From Deinococcales bacterium (lineage in GTDB: Bacteria > Deinococcota > Deinococci > Deinococcales > JAAFIG01), in NCBI GenBank assembly GCA_043778225.1, contig JAYWGM010000051.1:24861-88860 (forward strand): a stretch of 64,000 bases of DNA, read 5' to 3'. Numbering within the stretch: the stretch's first letter is position 1; every line of letters begins with the position of its first letter. A program made the position numbers and the translations under genes. Positions 38,578 to 48,783 of the stretch are shown piece by piece. Below the pieces are notes generated by a model. It had not been told where the DNA came from. It saw only the letters and a list, made by a program, of their open reading frames with translations, and did no database searches.

Positions 38578-39594
38578 ATTTTCTAACCACCGATTGAGTG
38601 CAGTAATTTGATACTCCTGTAAAAGTGGTCTATAGATGCTTTGATTCGCAAGGTAAAAGATGTGCCGTAAAAAAGTAAAAGCATTAAAATTCAAGTTGTT
38701 TTCTGATTGGAATTGCAGTACCATCGCAAAGTTTGTTTCATAGAACACAATCAAATCAGCAAGACTAAGCTCAGTATTTGTGGTTCTTAACTCATTGAAA
38801 AATCTTTCGATGGCTTTGATTTTAAAGTGTACATCGGGGAATTTATTCCATAAAAATCCTGTGAGAGCAACAGTATCTAAACTTAGGGTAGATGATTTTT
38901 GATTGATAATATCATCGAATATTATTTTCTCGGCTGCTTGCAAAAAAACAGTATTTTCGTTTTTTATGGTCATAAATTCTCTATCTGCCAGTTCAAAGAG
39001 TGCAGATAGAACATTGATTTTTCGTTTTAGTACGAGGGGGATTTCTTTTTTGTACTTTATTTTATGGTCTACAACGCTCCAAGAGTCTTGAATGATTGTT
39101 CTGATCTGAATTTCAAATTTTATGTCTGGGAATTGCCTATAGTAAGACCTTCCCAAGTAATCTGGACTCAATTTCATATCCATGTGCAAAGCCTGATACC
39201 CAAAAGTATTCTCGGTGGCTTGGATTTGTTTGATTTTATCGGTCTCTTCAAGCATTTGAAATTCGCCAATAAGAGCTTCTTTTATCGAATCTATTTGGTT
39301 TATATAAATACAGACAATTCTAAAACCGACCAAATCTGAAATAGAATCTTGGATTGTATACACTTGGCTATTTTCTTCATATAAATTTTTGTATTTTCGG
39401 ATAAATTTTTCAAGGCACTCATTTCTATCTTTGATTCGTCCTGAAACCATAAATCCATCGGATTCAGGTAAGTCTTTCACCAAGTCTTGCAGTGCAGTCA
39501 CCATTCTCTCCCTGAAACCCAATAATTTTGTTAAATTGGCATCATAAAATTCTATAAAAATTTGTTTCTCGAGTTCAAAATTCAAAGAAGCCAT
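38560..39594 (-). CDS. RelA/SpoT-domain small alarmone synthetase-like protein with a C-terminal extension
   Basis: GRIKD..EK, DLVGFRIV, GYQALH, EIQIRT...DHKIKYK motifs; markedly AT-rich. Confidence 0.88.
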   Translation of the reverse strand: MASLNFELEKQIFIEFYDANLTKLLGFRERMVTALQDLVKDLPESDGFMVSGRIKDRNECLEKFIRKYKNLYEENSQVYTIQDSISDLVGFRIVCIYINQIDSIKEALIGEFQMLEETDKIKQIQATENTFGYQALHMDMKLSPDYLGRSYYRQFPDIKFEIQIRTIIQDSWSVVDHKIKYKKEIPLVLKRKINVLSALFELADREFMTIKNENTVFLQAAEKIIFDDIINQKSSTLSLDTVALTGFLWNKFPDVHFKIKAIERFFNELRTTNTELSLADLIVFYETNFAMVLQFQSENNLNFNAFTFLRHIFYLANQSIYRPLLQEYQITALNRWLENKKPPP

Positions 39595-39693
39595 GCTGCA
39601 AATCCCCTTTATCTACAAACTTGAAAGCAAAACCCGAGTACGTAATACCTTAAATTATGGCACAGTTTAGGTTTTTACACTAGACTGAACAGC

Positions 39694-39906
39694 ATGAAGT
39701 GGCTCGAGGTTGTGACCACAATCGCATTGGATGTGATTGAACGACTGCATCGTTTGCACATTTGGGTTTTATTCCCAACCTTAGGGGTTTTGCTCGGAGC
39801 AATGATTGGTGTTGTGGTTTTCTCGAGAACCCAAAGCATGATGCTTGGTGCGTTTGCGGGGTTGCTGGCTGGGATTCGGGTCGCACAGTGGTACTTAAAA
39901 CGGTAA
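39694..39906 (+). CDS. small two-TM membrane protein
   Basis: 70 aa hydrophobic ORF; TAGACT -10 box upstream. Confidence 0.65.
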   Translation: MKWLEVVTTIALDVIERLHRLHIWVLFPTLGVLLGAMIGVVVFSRTQSMMLGAFAGLLAGIRVAQWYLKR

Positions 39907-40000
39907 ACTCGAGGGCTACGGAGTCGGTTTCTCGAGCAGATAAAAAGAAGGTAAATGGTTTAGTGTATCGGCTTGGGTGATATTTGGCATCAGCCATTTG

Positions 40001-40047
40001 CAGTAGCTGCTAGTTTAGCTCGAGAAATTTGGTTTCTCGAGCTACTG
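40001..40047. repeat. CTCGAG-based hairpin between convergent genes
   Basis: AGCTCGAGAAA-tttgg-TTTCTCGAGCT; alternative outer pairing CAGTAGCT/AGCTACTG. Confidence 0.55.
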
Positions 40048-40066
40048 GTTATCAATATTTTTAATG

Positions 40067-43000
40067 CTATCCAACCAATTGGCGCAACAAAATTGGGTCT
40101 TGAATCTCTGAATCCTTGGCGAGCATCAGCACCTTGGCTATCACTTCGGCGGTGCGTGGGTCAGAATCGGCAAAGGGCAAGAAAATCCTTCCTCGCGCCT
40201 GATTTGGCACAGCCACCAAGCAAATCGCCCCACCCGGTTGTTGATGCACCACGGCACTGCCTAAATGAACACTGTAGCGCCCAATGCTGCCTTCGATGAG
40301 TGCCACAGATTTCTCGAGTTTGACATTACTAATTTTCAGTAACCGTAGGGTCTCGAGCAACAAGGCTGACCGCATTTCGGTGGTGCTTTGCGAGGCTTCT
40401 GGGTCTACGCCGCCAACGTGTGCCACGGAGACCACAAGGTCAAGGTCACGCATGATTTCAGAGTACAGGCGCTTGGGGATAGTCTGTAGGTCAAGTGCTT
40501 CGTATTCGTTGCGCTTGGTGAAACGAATTGTGTCCAAGGCTGGTGCTTCAACTTCGGCGGGTGTTGTCCAACCTTGTTTACTCGAGATGTGCGCCGTAAT
40601 CCCTTCGGCAAAGAAAGTTCGGCTGGCATCGCCTTCGTAAGCATTGACCACCCAGCCCCTCGAGCCGAGCAGCGCCGCACTTTGGCGTTGGTTGACCTGA
40701 TGCCCTGCATAGCGACTGGACTGGGTTTGCTCGAGTTCGGCTGGTGTTAGCAGGTACAGTTCTCTAAAAATTTGCTTAAATGGCTGCTGGCGTTTGGCGC
40801 TAAAAAATGCAGCTTGGAATTCGCTCCATTTTCCAGACTCGAGTAAATCTACTGGGTGCGCGAGGCGCAAACTCGAGCTGATAATCTCGAGTAATTCGCC
40901 AACTGGGCTGACCAAGTTTTTACCATCGCCAGATAAAAAACCCATTTGCGTTTGGTCTATAAAGACCAGTTGCTCGAGCATTGGTTTGACCATTGGGTGC
41001 TTGGTTAAATCTCGCAGTTCTTTGGCGCTAAATTGGTCGCCGTGAATCATGGCACGCTCTAAGGAAACTCGCATTCGACTGGCTTGTACCTCGAGTTCTT
41101 TGCGTCTGGCGCGAATTTCAATCACGGCTTGGTCTTTTTTGAGGTTGGCTGGAATATCTTTTAAGATTTTGCCTGCTTTTTGTACCTCGAGCTTTGGTTC
41201 GCCTTCTGGGGAAACCGATAAAATCAGTTCAACATCGCCTTTTACAAGTTTGACCGCCCCTTTACTCAGGTCTGCCACAGCTTTAAGTTCCATTGCCCAC
41301 TCAAGCCGCATGGGGTCTGGGTAGCCGGCGGTGCGTGCCAGATTCTCGAGTCCGATTCGTGCTGCAAGGCGTTCAGATTCTTTGCGTTGCGAACCAAATT
41401 GTTTACTTTCTTTCAAAAAGGTTTGTATGACCTCATAACGCTTGAGAAGCGGTATATCTTTACTCTTGGGCAGTGGCAGCAAACCGAGGGCGCGAAGGCT
41501 GTCTTGGTGGCGTTTGCTGGTAATCCGCGTGACCACTTGGGTTTCGACCAGTTTCCCGAGCATCGCATCGGCAAATTGCTTGGCTCTGGCATGACCTGTA
41601 CCACTGGTGATGTATTTGGCGGAATCATAAAGTTGAGTCCAGCGTGCAGTGCCAAGGTCTTTGTAAACTTGGTGAAACCACGCCACATCGACTGCGCCAT
41701 CAATTAAGTCTTGGGTGGTCAGTGGGGTCAGTTGCGCCATCTCGAGCCGCCAGCCTTCTTCCTCAGAACTGTAGCCAGTGTCTTTGGTATGGGCGCGTAG
41801 CCAGTACATCCCTTCGGACAAGCCTTTCCAGCCAATCGTCTGCGCTACAAATTGCGTCCATTGCGGCGCAAATAACCCAAGCTCGAGCAAGCGCTGTTCG
41901 GGAATTCCAGCTTTTTTGATTGCTTTAGAAAATTCTGCCTGTGTGTCGGTTTTACTGGGGTAAACGGCTTTCAGGAGGTTGGAAAAAACCACCAAACGCG
42001 GTGCTTCATCCCCATAATAATAACCGCCCCCACGCGAAATGTTGTCTTGACTAAGCACGCTTAAAATTTGTACCAAATACCCTAAGCCACTTAAAAACCG
42101 AATGCTCGAGGCAGCCCCCGTAGCAGGAGTTGGCAAGTCGCCACGCGCCAATTCGATTTCCAGAACCCGATTGGCACATTGTTCCAAAAGCGGTTGGAGT
42201 TGCGGATAAGTCTTGACCAATGCTGTCGGTTCTTTTTGCAGATGCTGGGTAAAACCATGGTTGCACGCCACGGTTTTTTCGGGGCGCAAGTGTTCTGGTC
42301 CAATCAGGGCTTCCATCACATCGGTTTGGTTGGCAACCCCCGCAAGCCACGCTGCCATCAGGTTATCAAGATTGATTGTGCGTTTATGACTCCACCAAAG
42401 CCGCAAGCCCAGACCATGCTCGAGTTGCCAAGAACGGGTTTTTTGAGCAGCACTCAAGGTTTGGCTGCTGGTATTTAGGCGCACAATCACAGGGTTTTGG
42501 CGCTTAAAAGTTTCATAGGCTTTGTTGCCCTCAAGGGCTTTTTCGTCTGGCAGCAATTCGTTTTTTTGAACAAAGGTGGCAAACGTCTGCTCGAGTATCG
42601 GAAGACTCTGCGCCAATTGGTCTTCGAGGACATCCAAGGCAAAATCGTGTTGGTTGGCGGGCGGATAGAGTTCGTTCAGCCAGCCCAAAATTTTGACCAA
42701 ACTGGTTTCTAGGGCTGCATCGGTTTCCTTGGGTTTTTTTGGTTTGAGTTTGGTAAAATAGGTTTTTTTGACTTCTGTATTGGCATAAAAGGCATCGTCG
42801 GGGTCTATCTCGAGTTCATAATTAAATTCTTCATCCACATAAAATTCGTCTTCATCCACTTGGGGGTTAAACATAAACGGACGAATTGCCATGGCACGCA
42901 AAAGCTCGAGACCATCCATATCTTGCTCTTTGGCGCTTCGATTCAAAAACCAGTTTGTCCAGAGTTCGGACAACGGAAATTTTTGCCATTGCTCGAGAAT

Positions 43001-44929
43001 CGTGGTTTCTTGATTTGGACGCGGCGGGCGCAAATACGCATTTTCAAAGGGCTTTTGTTCGATTTCGTCGCTCCAATTCCAGTTATCCACCACGGTTAAG
43101 CGCTGCGACCAGACCAATTTCTCGAGCGAAGTCAGCAGCGCCAAGGCGGCTGGCGTGACCAATTCGATATTTTTGCGTTCAAAGCCAAAAGCTGGGGTGC
43201 GTAACTTAGGGTTAAACAAACCAAAACCATCCAAGGGGCTTGGTGCATTCTGCTCGAGCCGCTGCCATTCGAGCGCCTGTTCAATTTCTGCCCCCGCCTT
43301 TTTTTGTTCTGGTGTTTTGGTGGCTTTTAAGCGTGTCGCGCTGGCACTGGCAAATTCGGCGGGTTGGGCTAAAATAAGCTCAATTGTGCTTTGTCGCACC
43401 GAAGCAGTTTTACGGCTTAACTGTTTCTCGAGCGGCACAAATTCGGCTTCCTCGAGCCTCACTTGACTGCTTTGCATCACCTCAAAGGCTTTCTCACGCA
43501 AGTAGTTATCTTTGTGGGTCAGTGCCTCGACAACAATACCTCTGGTTTCTGCTGCCCACGGTGTTTTCTTGGTCAGGGCTTCGATCAGTTGGCGAAGTGT
43601 CCAAGGCTCGAGTAAATGCTTGTAGGGCAAAATCAGCGCGATTTGTGTTTCATCCAGTAAATGATACATTTCGGCTGCAATTTGGCTTGGCTCGAGGGTC
43701 ATATCTGGCAGCCAACTTTCGGGGGCAGCCAATTTGATTGGATTTGGAAAGCGTCTTAAAAAATCTTCCAGCAAACCAAAACTGGCTTCTCGAGCCGCTA
43801 AACTATCGGTTGACATGGTTGCCATCTGATGGGCTTTGAGTGCCACCAAATCATCGGGGTCGGTGATCATTGTCTGAAGGTTGGCTGCATCTAAAATTGC
43901 CAAACCATGCAATGCTAAAAATCGGTATTTAGCATCTGGGTGCTTTAACCACGGCAGCGCCAAACTTTGGGCTGTCTCGAGATTCACAAAAGCCAAACAG
44001 TAGAGCGCCAAGTACAAATCCTGTAAAGTGGGTGTGGCTTTAAGGTCTTGTGCCACAGCGTGGTTTGTTTCTTGGTTCTCGAGCCGAGCGATAAAATCTT
44101 TTAAGCTGTTCTCGAGAACTTTCGGGGTTGGCTCGGGCGGTACAAGCGGCAGGAAACCTTGCGCCCATTGGACACTCGAGGAAAAACGCAGTAAATCATG
44201 CTCGAGAATAACGCCCAGCATTCGTTTTAAGGCGGTTGGGTGGGCGCTGCCAATTTGATTAAAAATACTTTGGCGCAGACCTTCTTGGCGTTGGGCTGCC
44301 AACAAGGTTTTTTCGATGATTTCCCAGCCCTCGGTTTGGTTGGCGCGGAGCAATGACTCCACGACGGTATCGCCCATGATTGCCACAGGATGCTCGTTTT
44401 TCGCGGCTGCCAGCATGATGTTAAAGACGGCTGGGTTGCCCAAGTCAATATCGGCAACAAATAAATGGGTCAGGTTATGTCCAAAAGACCAATTATACGC
44501 CGCGTACTCAGCAAACCACTCGAGCGGCTGGTCGTAATTTTTGGTTTGTTCAAGCCACTGCTGACTTGTATCAATTTGCGCTTGCAACGTCCTACTTGTA
44601 TGACTCTGAAAACCATTTGAATGACTTTCTGGGGCTGACAAAGCAGCTTTGGCAACCTGACTAAAACGCGGAAACCAGACCTCGAGAACAGCCGCAAAAT
44701 CTTTTTCGGAGATGCCATAAAAAACCTGATGCGCCGTTTCGTAAAATTGATTGCGTTTTTCCCAATCGCTAAATTGAAGGTCTTTACCGTGGCTATCTAA
44801 CATCAAAAAATCTAAGGTTTTGGTGGCTAAGTTTTTGGGCAATGTTGCAATCCGTTGAGCCAGCAACACATCGGGATTTTTGACTTGAGCCGCCTCGAGA
44901 ATCTTTTGAGCCTCTTCGCGTTTTAACAT
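40067..44929 (-). CDS. DUF4132/DUF5724-type giant helical-repeat protein
   Basis: about 1620 aa; LLAAQRQEGLRQSI, FGSQRKESE, RLAHPVDL, QPFKQIFRELY, SEIMRDLDLVVSVAH motifs. Confidence 0.85.
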   Translation of the reverse strand: MLKREEAQKILEAAQVKNPDVLLAQRIATLPKNLATKTLDFLMLDSHGKDLQFSDWEKRNQFYETAHQVFYGISEKDFAAVLEVWFPRFSQVAKAALSAPESHSNGFQSHTSRTLQAQIDTSQQWLEQTKNYDQPLEWFAEYAAYNWSFGHNLTHLFVADIDLGNPAVFNIMLAAAKNEHPVAIMGDTVVESLLRANQTEGWEIIEKTLLAAQRQEGLRQSIFNQIGSAHPTALKRMLGVILEHDLLRFSSSVQWAQGFLPLVPPEPTPKVLENSLKDFIARLENQETNHAVAQDLKATPTLQDLYLALYCLAFVNLETAQSLALPWLKHPDAKYRFLALHGLAILDAANLQTMITDPDDLVALKAHQMATMSTDSLAAREASFGLLEDFLRRFPNPIKLAAPESWLPDMTLEPSQIAAEMYHLLDETQIALILPYKHLLEPWTLRQLIEALTKKTPWAAETRGIVVEALTHKDNYLREKAFEVMQSSQVRLEEAEFVPLEKQLSRKTASVRQSTIELILAQPAEFASASATRLKATKTPEQKKAGAEIEQALEWQRLEQNAPSPLDGFGLFNPKLRTPAFGFERKNIELVTPAALALLTSLEKLVWSQRLTVVDNWNWSDEIEQKPFENAYLRPPRPNQETTILEQWQKFPLSELWTNWFLNRSAKEQDMDGLELLRAMAIRPFMFNPQVDEDEFYVDEEFNYELEIDPDDAFYANTEVKKTYFTKLKPKKPKETDAALETSLVKILGWLNELYPPANQHDFALDVLEDQLAQSLPILEQTFATFVQKNELLPDEKALEGNKAYETFKRQNPVIVRLNTSSQTLSAAQKTRSWQLEHGLGLRLWWSHKRTINLDNLMAAWLAGVANQTDVMEALIGPEHLRPEKTVACNHGFTQHLQKEPTALVKTYPQLQPLLEQCANRVLEIELARGDLPTPATGAASSIRFLSGLGYLVQILSVLSQDNISRGGGYYYGDEAPRLVVFSNLLKAVYPSKTDTQAEFSKAIKKAGIPEQRLLELGLFAPQWTQFVAQTIGWKGLSEGMYWLRAHTKDTGYSSEEEGWRLEMAQLTPLTTQDLIDGAVDVAWFHQVYKDLGTARWTQLYDSAKYITSGTGHARAKQFADAMLGKLVETQVVTRITSKRHQDSLRALGLLPLPKSKDIPLLKRYEVIQTFLKESKQFGSQRKESERLAARIGLENLARTAGYPDPMRLEWAMELKAVADLSKGAVKLVKGDVELILSVSPEGEPKLEVQKAGKILKDIPANLKKDQAVIEIRARRKELEVQASRMRVSLERAMIHGDQFSAKELRDLTKHPMVKPMLEQLVFIDQTQMGFLSGDGKNLVSPVGELLEIISSSLRLAHPVDLLESGKWSEFQAAFFSAKRQQPFKQIFRELYLLTPAELEQTQSSRYAGHQVNQRQSAALLGSRGWVVNAYEGDASRTFFAEGITAHISSKQGWTTPAEVEAPALDTIRFTKRNEYEALDLQTIPKRLYSEIMRDLDLVVSVAHVGGVDPEASQSTTEMRSALLLETLRLLKISNVKLEKSVALIEGSIGRYSVHLGSAVVHQQPGGAICLVAVPNQARGRIFLPFADSDPRTAEVIAKVLMLAKDSEIQDPILLRQLVG

Positions 44930-44930
44930 T

Positions 44931-45377
44931 TTAGCCTCCTGCCAGCGCCACAAGACGCAGGAACATCAGTTCTTGGTGTAGCTCGAGGTTGACTGTATCG
45001 GTTAAGCGCTCGATTTGATTGTCCCCATAAAAGGCATAGTACAGACCATCTTCAAAGGCTTGAATCGCGCTTTCTATGGCTTGGTCGGTATTCACATTTT
45101 GCTTAAATTCTTGTCCACCCAGACTAATTTTGCCGCTTTCGGCTGCCTCGAGCAACTGGTTTTGGGTTAAAACCCTTAAAAGCTGATTATCGGTTTGGCG
45201 TTGCCTGAATGCCTCAACCTCGAGCATCACAATTCGCTCCAGCAATTGCTGCAAAGTCGGCTGGCTCGAGAAATTCCCGAGCTTATAATCTCGGCTGGTC
45301 AGGGCTTTTTTGCGTCCAAGCTGCTTGACCGAGAGCGTTAAGTTAAATGTTGTGCCAACAGATAAGTCCATGCTCAT
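44931..45377 (-). CDS. hypothetical protein; predicted ubiquitin-like beta-grasp with a helical insert and C-terminal GG
   Basis: ends ...ELMFLRLVALAGG; stop is 1 nt from the DUF4132 gene start. Confidence 0.7.
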   Translation of the reverse strand: MSMDLSVGTTFNLTLSVKQLGRKKALTSRDYKLGNFSSQPTLQQLLERIVMLEVEAFRQRQTDNQLLRVLTQNQLLEAAESGKISLGGQEFKQNVNTDQAIESAIQAFEDGLYYAFYGDNQIERLTDTVNLELHQELMFLRLVALAGG

Positions 45378-45574
45378 AGTCTAGGTATCCACGATGAGTG
45401 TGGGCTGTTTGTAAACAAAAAGGCAGTACCGAATCTTCATGGCTGACCTCGAGTCAATCAAGATGGGGGTGAAATGGCGATTAGCGGAGGGTGGAGATGT
45501 GGGTTGGCTCGAAGATTATGTTTACAACTAAATAATATCAAGTAATTTATAAAATGTCAAACTTATTTCTCGAC

Positions 45575-45619
45575 TTGACAAGTCTATTTTGTTATGCTAA
45601 TTTTGGGTTATCGATAACC
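45575..45619 (+). promoter_or_regulatory. sigma70 promoter and LacI-type operator
   Basis: TTGACA-17 nt-TAATTT with TG extension; perfect palindrome GGTTATCGATAACC at 45606-45619. Confidence 0.7.
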
Positions 45620-45685
45620 TAAACAAAAGCAAAGCACTGCTCTAAACGTCTGATCGTCTGAGTTATCGCATATACTGGTTAAATT

Positions 45686-46750
45686 ATGTCAAATGCCACC
45701 ATCACCCTTGCCGATGTCGCCCGCCTTGCTGGGGTCTCTAAAATTACGGTTTCAAAAACCTTAAATAACACCGGTCGTATCTCGGAAGGGACTCGAGAAC
45801 GGGTCTTAAAAGCCGTGGCAGATTTGGGTTATGTGGTCAACAGTGCCGCCCGCAGTTTGCGCGGTGGTAAAACGGGGGTCTTGGGGATGGTTGTTCCCGA
45901 GTTGGTCAGTCCATATTTTGCCGAAGTGGCTCGAGCCGCCGCCGATGAAGCCAGTCAGTGTGGTTTTGACCTTGGTGTTTTTACAACTTCGCGTGATGTG
46001 ACTCGAGAACGCGCCCGCATTGGCACATTGCTCGGTGGTTTAGCCGATGGTTTATTGGTGGTTGTGCCTAGTGGCAACGAGAAGTTTTTGCTATCGCTCG
46101 AACGCAGCCGCGCTCCAGTGGTCTTGATTAACCATTTTGGGGCGCAGACCCATTTACCGATGGTTCGAGCCGACAGCTATTTGGGCGCAAAAGCTGCAAT
46201 CGAACATTTACTTTCTTTAGGGCATCAACGGATTGGCTTTGTGACGGGCGCGGTTGGCTCGAGCCAAGCAGTCGAGCGTTTACGCAGTTACCGCGAGGTT
46301 TTAGCGGCTCGAGGTTTACTGGACGAAAGCCTGATTCGTCCGGGTAATTTTACCCAGCGTGGCGGTTTTGATGCGGCTCGAGAATTATTGGCATTGGCGC
46401 TACCACCAACCGCAATTTTTGCCGCCAGCGATGTGACTGCTTTTGGCGTGATTGATGCCATCAAAGATAAAGGCTTGCGTGTTCCCGATGATATTTCAGT
46501 GGTTGGCTTTGACGATATTCCGGCTGCCAGTCAGGTGCATCCAGCTTTGACCACGGTGCGCCATCCTGTCCAAGCCATGGCACAAGCCGCTATGCAGCTG
46601 ATGCTCGATGCTTTTGCCAATAAGCCTGTGCGTGACACCGTAATCGAATTTCCCAGCGAATTGGTTATTCGTGAGTCGACCAAAGCCCTCGAGATTCGTG
46701 ACTCGACCAAAGCCCTCGAGATTCGTGAATCGACCAAAGCTATTTTGTAA
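45686..46750 (+). CDS. LacI-family transcriptional regulator
   Basis: [38 protein letters not shown]. Confidence 0.95.
   Translation: MSNATITLADVARLAGVSKITVSKTLNNTGRISEGTRERVLKAVADLGYVVNSAARSLRGGKTGVLGMVVPELVSPYFAEVARAAADEASQCGFDLGVFTTSRDVTRERARIGTLLGGLADGLLVVVPSGNEKFLLSLERSRAPVVLINHFGAQTHLPMVRADSYLGAKAAIEHLLSLGHQRIGFVTGAVGSSQAVERLRSYREVLAARGLLDESLIRPGNFTQRGGFDAARELLALALPPTAIFAASDVTAFGVIDAIKDKGLRVPDDISVVGFDDIPAASQVHPALTTVRHPVQAMAQAAMQLMLDAFANKPVRDTVIEFPSELVIRESTKALEIRDSTKALEIRESTKAIL
46667..46740 (+). repeat. about 3 x 27-bp in-frame repeat at the LacI C-terminus (IR[E/D]STKALE)
   Basis: unit ATTCGTGAxTCGACCAAAGCCCTCGAG. Confidence 0.9.
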
Positions 46751-46840
46751 TTCACTGCACTCGAGCTAAATACTGCCTCATTGTACAGGCTGATTCGTCG
46801 CGTCCTGATAGCAAAAACACTTTCTTTAGAGGGGTCTGTT

Positions 46841-47794
46841 ATGAATGCAAATTCACGGGTTGTACTTCGTTCTGGTCTGCGGGTCAAAAATACGCCTTGG
46901 CAGACTCGAGTCTGGCGAGCGCGAATGCTTTATTTGATGCTCGTTCCGGGTTTATTGTTTTTTGTGCTTTTTCGCTATTTACCACTTCTCAACGCACAAA
47001 TTGCCTTTAAGGATTTCCAGCCGACCTTAGGGGTTTGGGGTAGCCCATGGATTGGCTTTCAGCACTTTTTGGATTTTTTTAATTCCTATTATTTCTCGCA
47101 ACTCATGACCAACACGCTAATTATCAGCATCCTTAAATTGGTCATCGGTATTCCACCCGCCATTATTCTGGCAATTGCAATTCATGAAAGCAGTTTTCGT
47201 TCACTTGGTAAAATGGTGCAAACCGCTACCTATTTACCGCATTTTTTATCGTGGGTGATTGTCTTTGGTGTTTTATTAGCAATGCTTAGTCCAAGTGAAG
47301 GGTTAATCAATAAAGGCATTGTTGGTGCGGGGGCTGAGCCAATTTCTTTTTTAACCGACCCCAATTATTTTCGCTGGGTGGTGGTTTTCTCGGACATTTG
47401 GAAAGAAACAGGTTGGAGTGCCATTTTGTACTTAGCGGCTTTAATTGGTATCAGCCCAGACCTTTACGAAGCGGCAGCCATAGATGGCGCAACCCGCTGG
47501 CAGCGAATCCGTTTTATTTCCTTACCGAGTTTATTGGATGTGATTGTCTTGGTCACGCTGTTGCGCCTTGGGCATATTTTAGATGCTGGTTTTGGACAGG
47601 TTTTTATTCTTTATTCTTTACCAGTGTACAGCGTTGCCGACATTATAGATACTTGGGTTTACCGTCAGGGAATTCAGAATTTTGAATTTGGTTTAGCCAC
47701 GGCAGTTGGCTTATTCAAAGGGTTGATTGGCTTAATGATGATTGTCACCGCCAATAAAATTGCCCAGCGCTTTGGCGACCGTGGTTTGTACTGA
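46841..47794 (+). CDS. carbohydrate ABC transporter permease (LplB-like)
   Basis: SPWIGFQHF, YLPHFLSWV, LYEAAAIDGA EAA loop. Confidence 0.93.
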   Translation: MNANSRVVLRSGLRVKNTPWQTRVWRARMLYLMLVPGLLFFVLFRYLPLLNAQIAFKDFQPTLGVWGSPWIGFQHFLDFFNSYYFSQLMTNTLIISILKLVIGIPPAIILAIAIHESSFRSLGKMVQTATYLPHFLSWVIVFGVLLAMLSPSEGLINKGIVGAGAEPISFLTDPNYFRWVVVFSDIWKETGWSAILYLAALIGISPDLYEAAAIDGATRWQRIRFISLPSLLDVIVLVTLLRLGHILDAGFGQVFILYSLPVYSVADIIDTWVYRQGIQNFEFGLATAVGLFKGLIGLMMIVTANKIAQRFGDRGLY

Positions 47795-47877
47795 CCACGC
47801 TACAGGCAAGGTACTGACCACGCTACAGGCAATGTACTGACCACGCTACAGGCAAGGTACTGACCACGCTACAGGCA
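47788..47877 (+). repeat. about 4 x 23-bp tandem repeat starting at the permease stop
   Basis: unit GTACTGACCACGCTACAGGCAA(G/T). Confidence 0.9.
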
Positions 47878-47899
47878 GGCTCGAGAAAGGAAAATTGAT

Positions 47900-48772
47900 A
47901 TGCTGAAATTACCCAAAATAAATCGTGCTGACCGACCCATGGAAATCTGGCTGGCTGTCTTTTTGACCGTAACTTTGCTGGTCACAATCGTGCCGTTGTG
48001 GTACGTTTTGATGATTTCTTTGACTCCGCTTGGCTCGAGTCCTAAATTATTGGCTGCCCCTTGGGAATGGTCTTTTCGAGCCTACCAAGAACTGCTGAAC
48101 CAACCCGCTTTGGTTCGGGCGGCGCTCAATAGTCTGATTTTAACGGTTGGTGGTGTGCTGGTGAGCCTCAGCACGACTGTTTTAACGGCTTATCCGTTGT
48201 CGCGCAAAGATTTACCTGGACGTGGTTTTTTTGTCGCCATGATTTTATTTACTTTTTTGTTTAACGCTGGTTTAATTCCAACCTATTTGGTGACTCGAGA
48301 CTTTGGTTTACTCAATACCTACTGGGCGATTTTACTCAATGGTGCGGTCAGTGTTTACAACCTTTTTGTGATGAAAAGTTTTTTCCAAAACTTACCCGAG
48401 AGTCTCGAGGAAGCTGCAAAAATAGATGGGGCAACCGATATGCAGATTTTATGGCATATTGTTTTGCCGCTGTCCCGTCCGATTTTATTAACGATTGGGT
48501 TATTTTATGCGGTCATGAATTGGAATGGGTTTTTTGAACCAATTCTGTACTTGTCAGACCGCAACATAATGCCTTTACCTGTGGCATTGCGCGATATTTT
48601 AATGGGCTTGAACAGTGCCGAATACGTTGAGTCAACTGCCAACCAAGTGGCTTCTTCCGAAGCCCTGAAAATGGCAGCAGTGGTGCTGACAACCATTCCA
48701 ATGCTGGCAGTTTACCCTTGGGTACAACGTTACTTTACAAAAGGTGTGTTACTTGGTGGTGTCAAGGAATAA
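47900..48772 (+). CDS. carbohydrate ABC transporter permease (LplC/YtcP-like)
   Basis: AYPLSR, GLIPTYL, LEEAAKIDGA, YPWVQRYFTKG motifs. Confidence 0.93.
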   Translation: MLKLPKINRADRPMEIWLAVFLTVTLLVTIVPLWYVLMISLTPLGSSPKLLAAPWEWSFRAYQELLNQPALVRAALNSLILTVGGVLVSLSTTVLTAYPLSRKDLPGRGFFVAMILFTFLFNAGLIPTYLVTRDFGLLNTYWAILLNGAVSVYNLFVMKSFFQNLPESLEEAAKIDGATDMQILWHIVLPLSRPILLTIGLFYAVMNWNGFFEPILYLSDRNIMPLPVALRDILMGLNSAEYVESTANQVASSEALKMAAVVLTTIPMLAVYPWVQRYFTKGVLLGGVKE

Positions 48773-48783
48773 AAGGAGTTTTT

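Noticed and set aside
46921..47790. Lack of CTCGAG as proof of horizontal transfer
   Set aside because: This permease gene lacks the site although its operon neighbours carry it, so local absence alone is not diagnostic.
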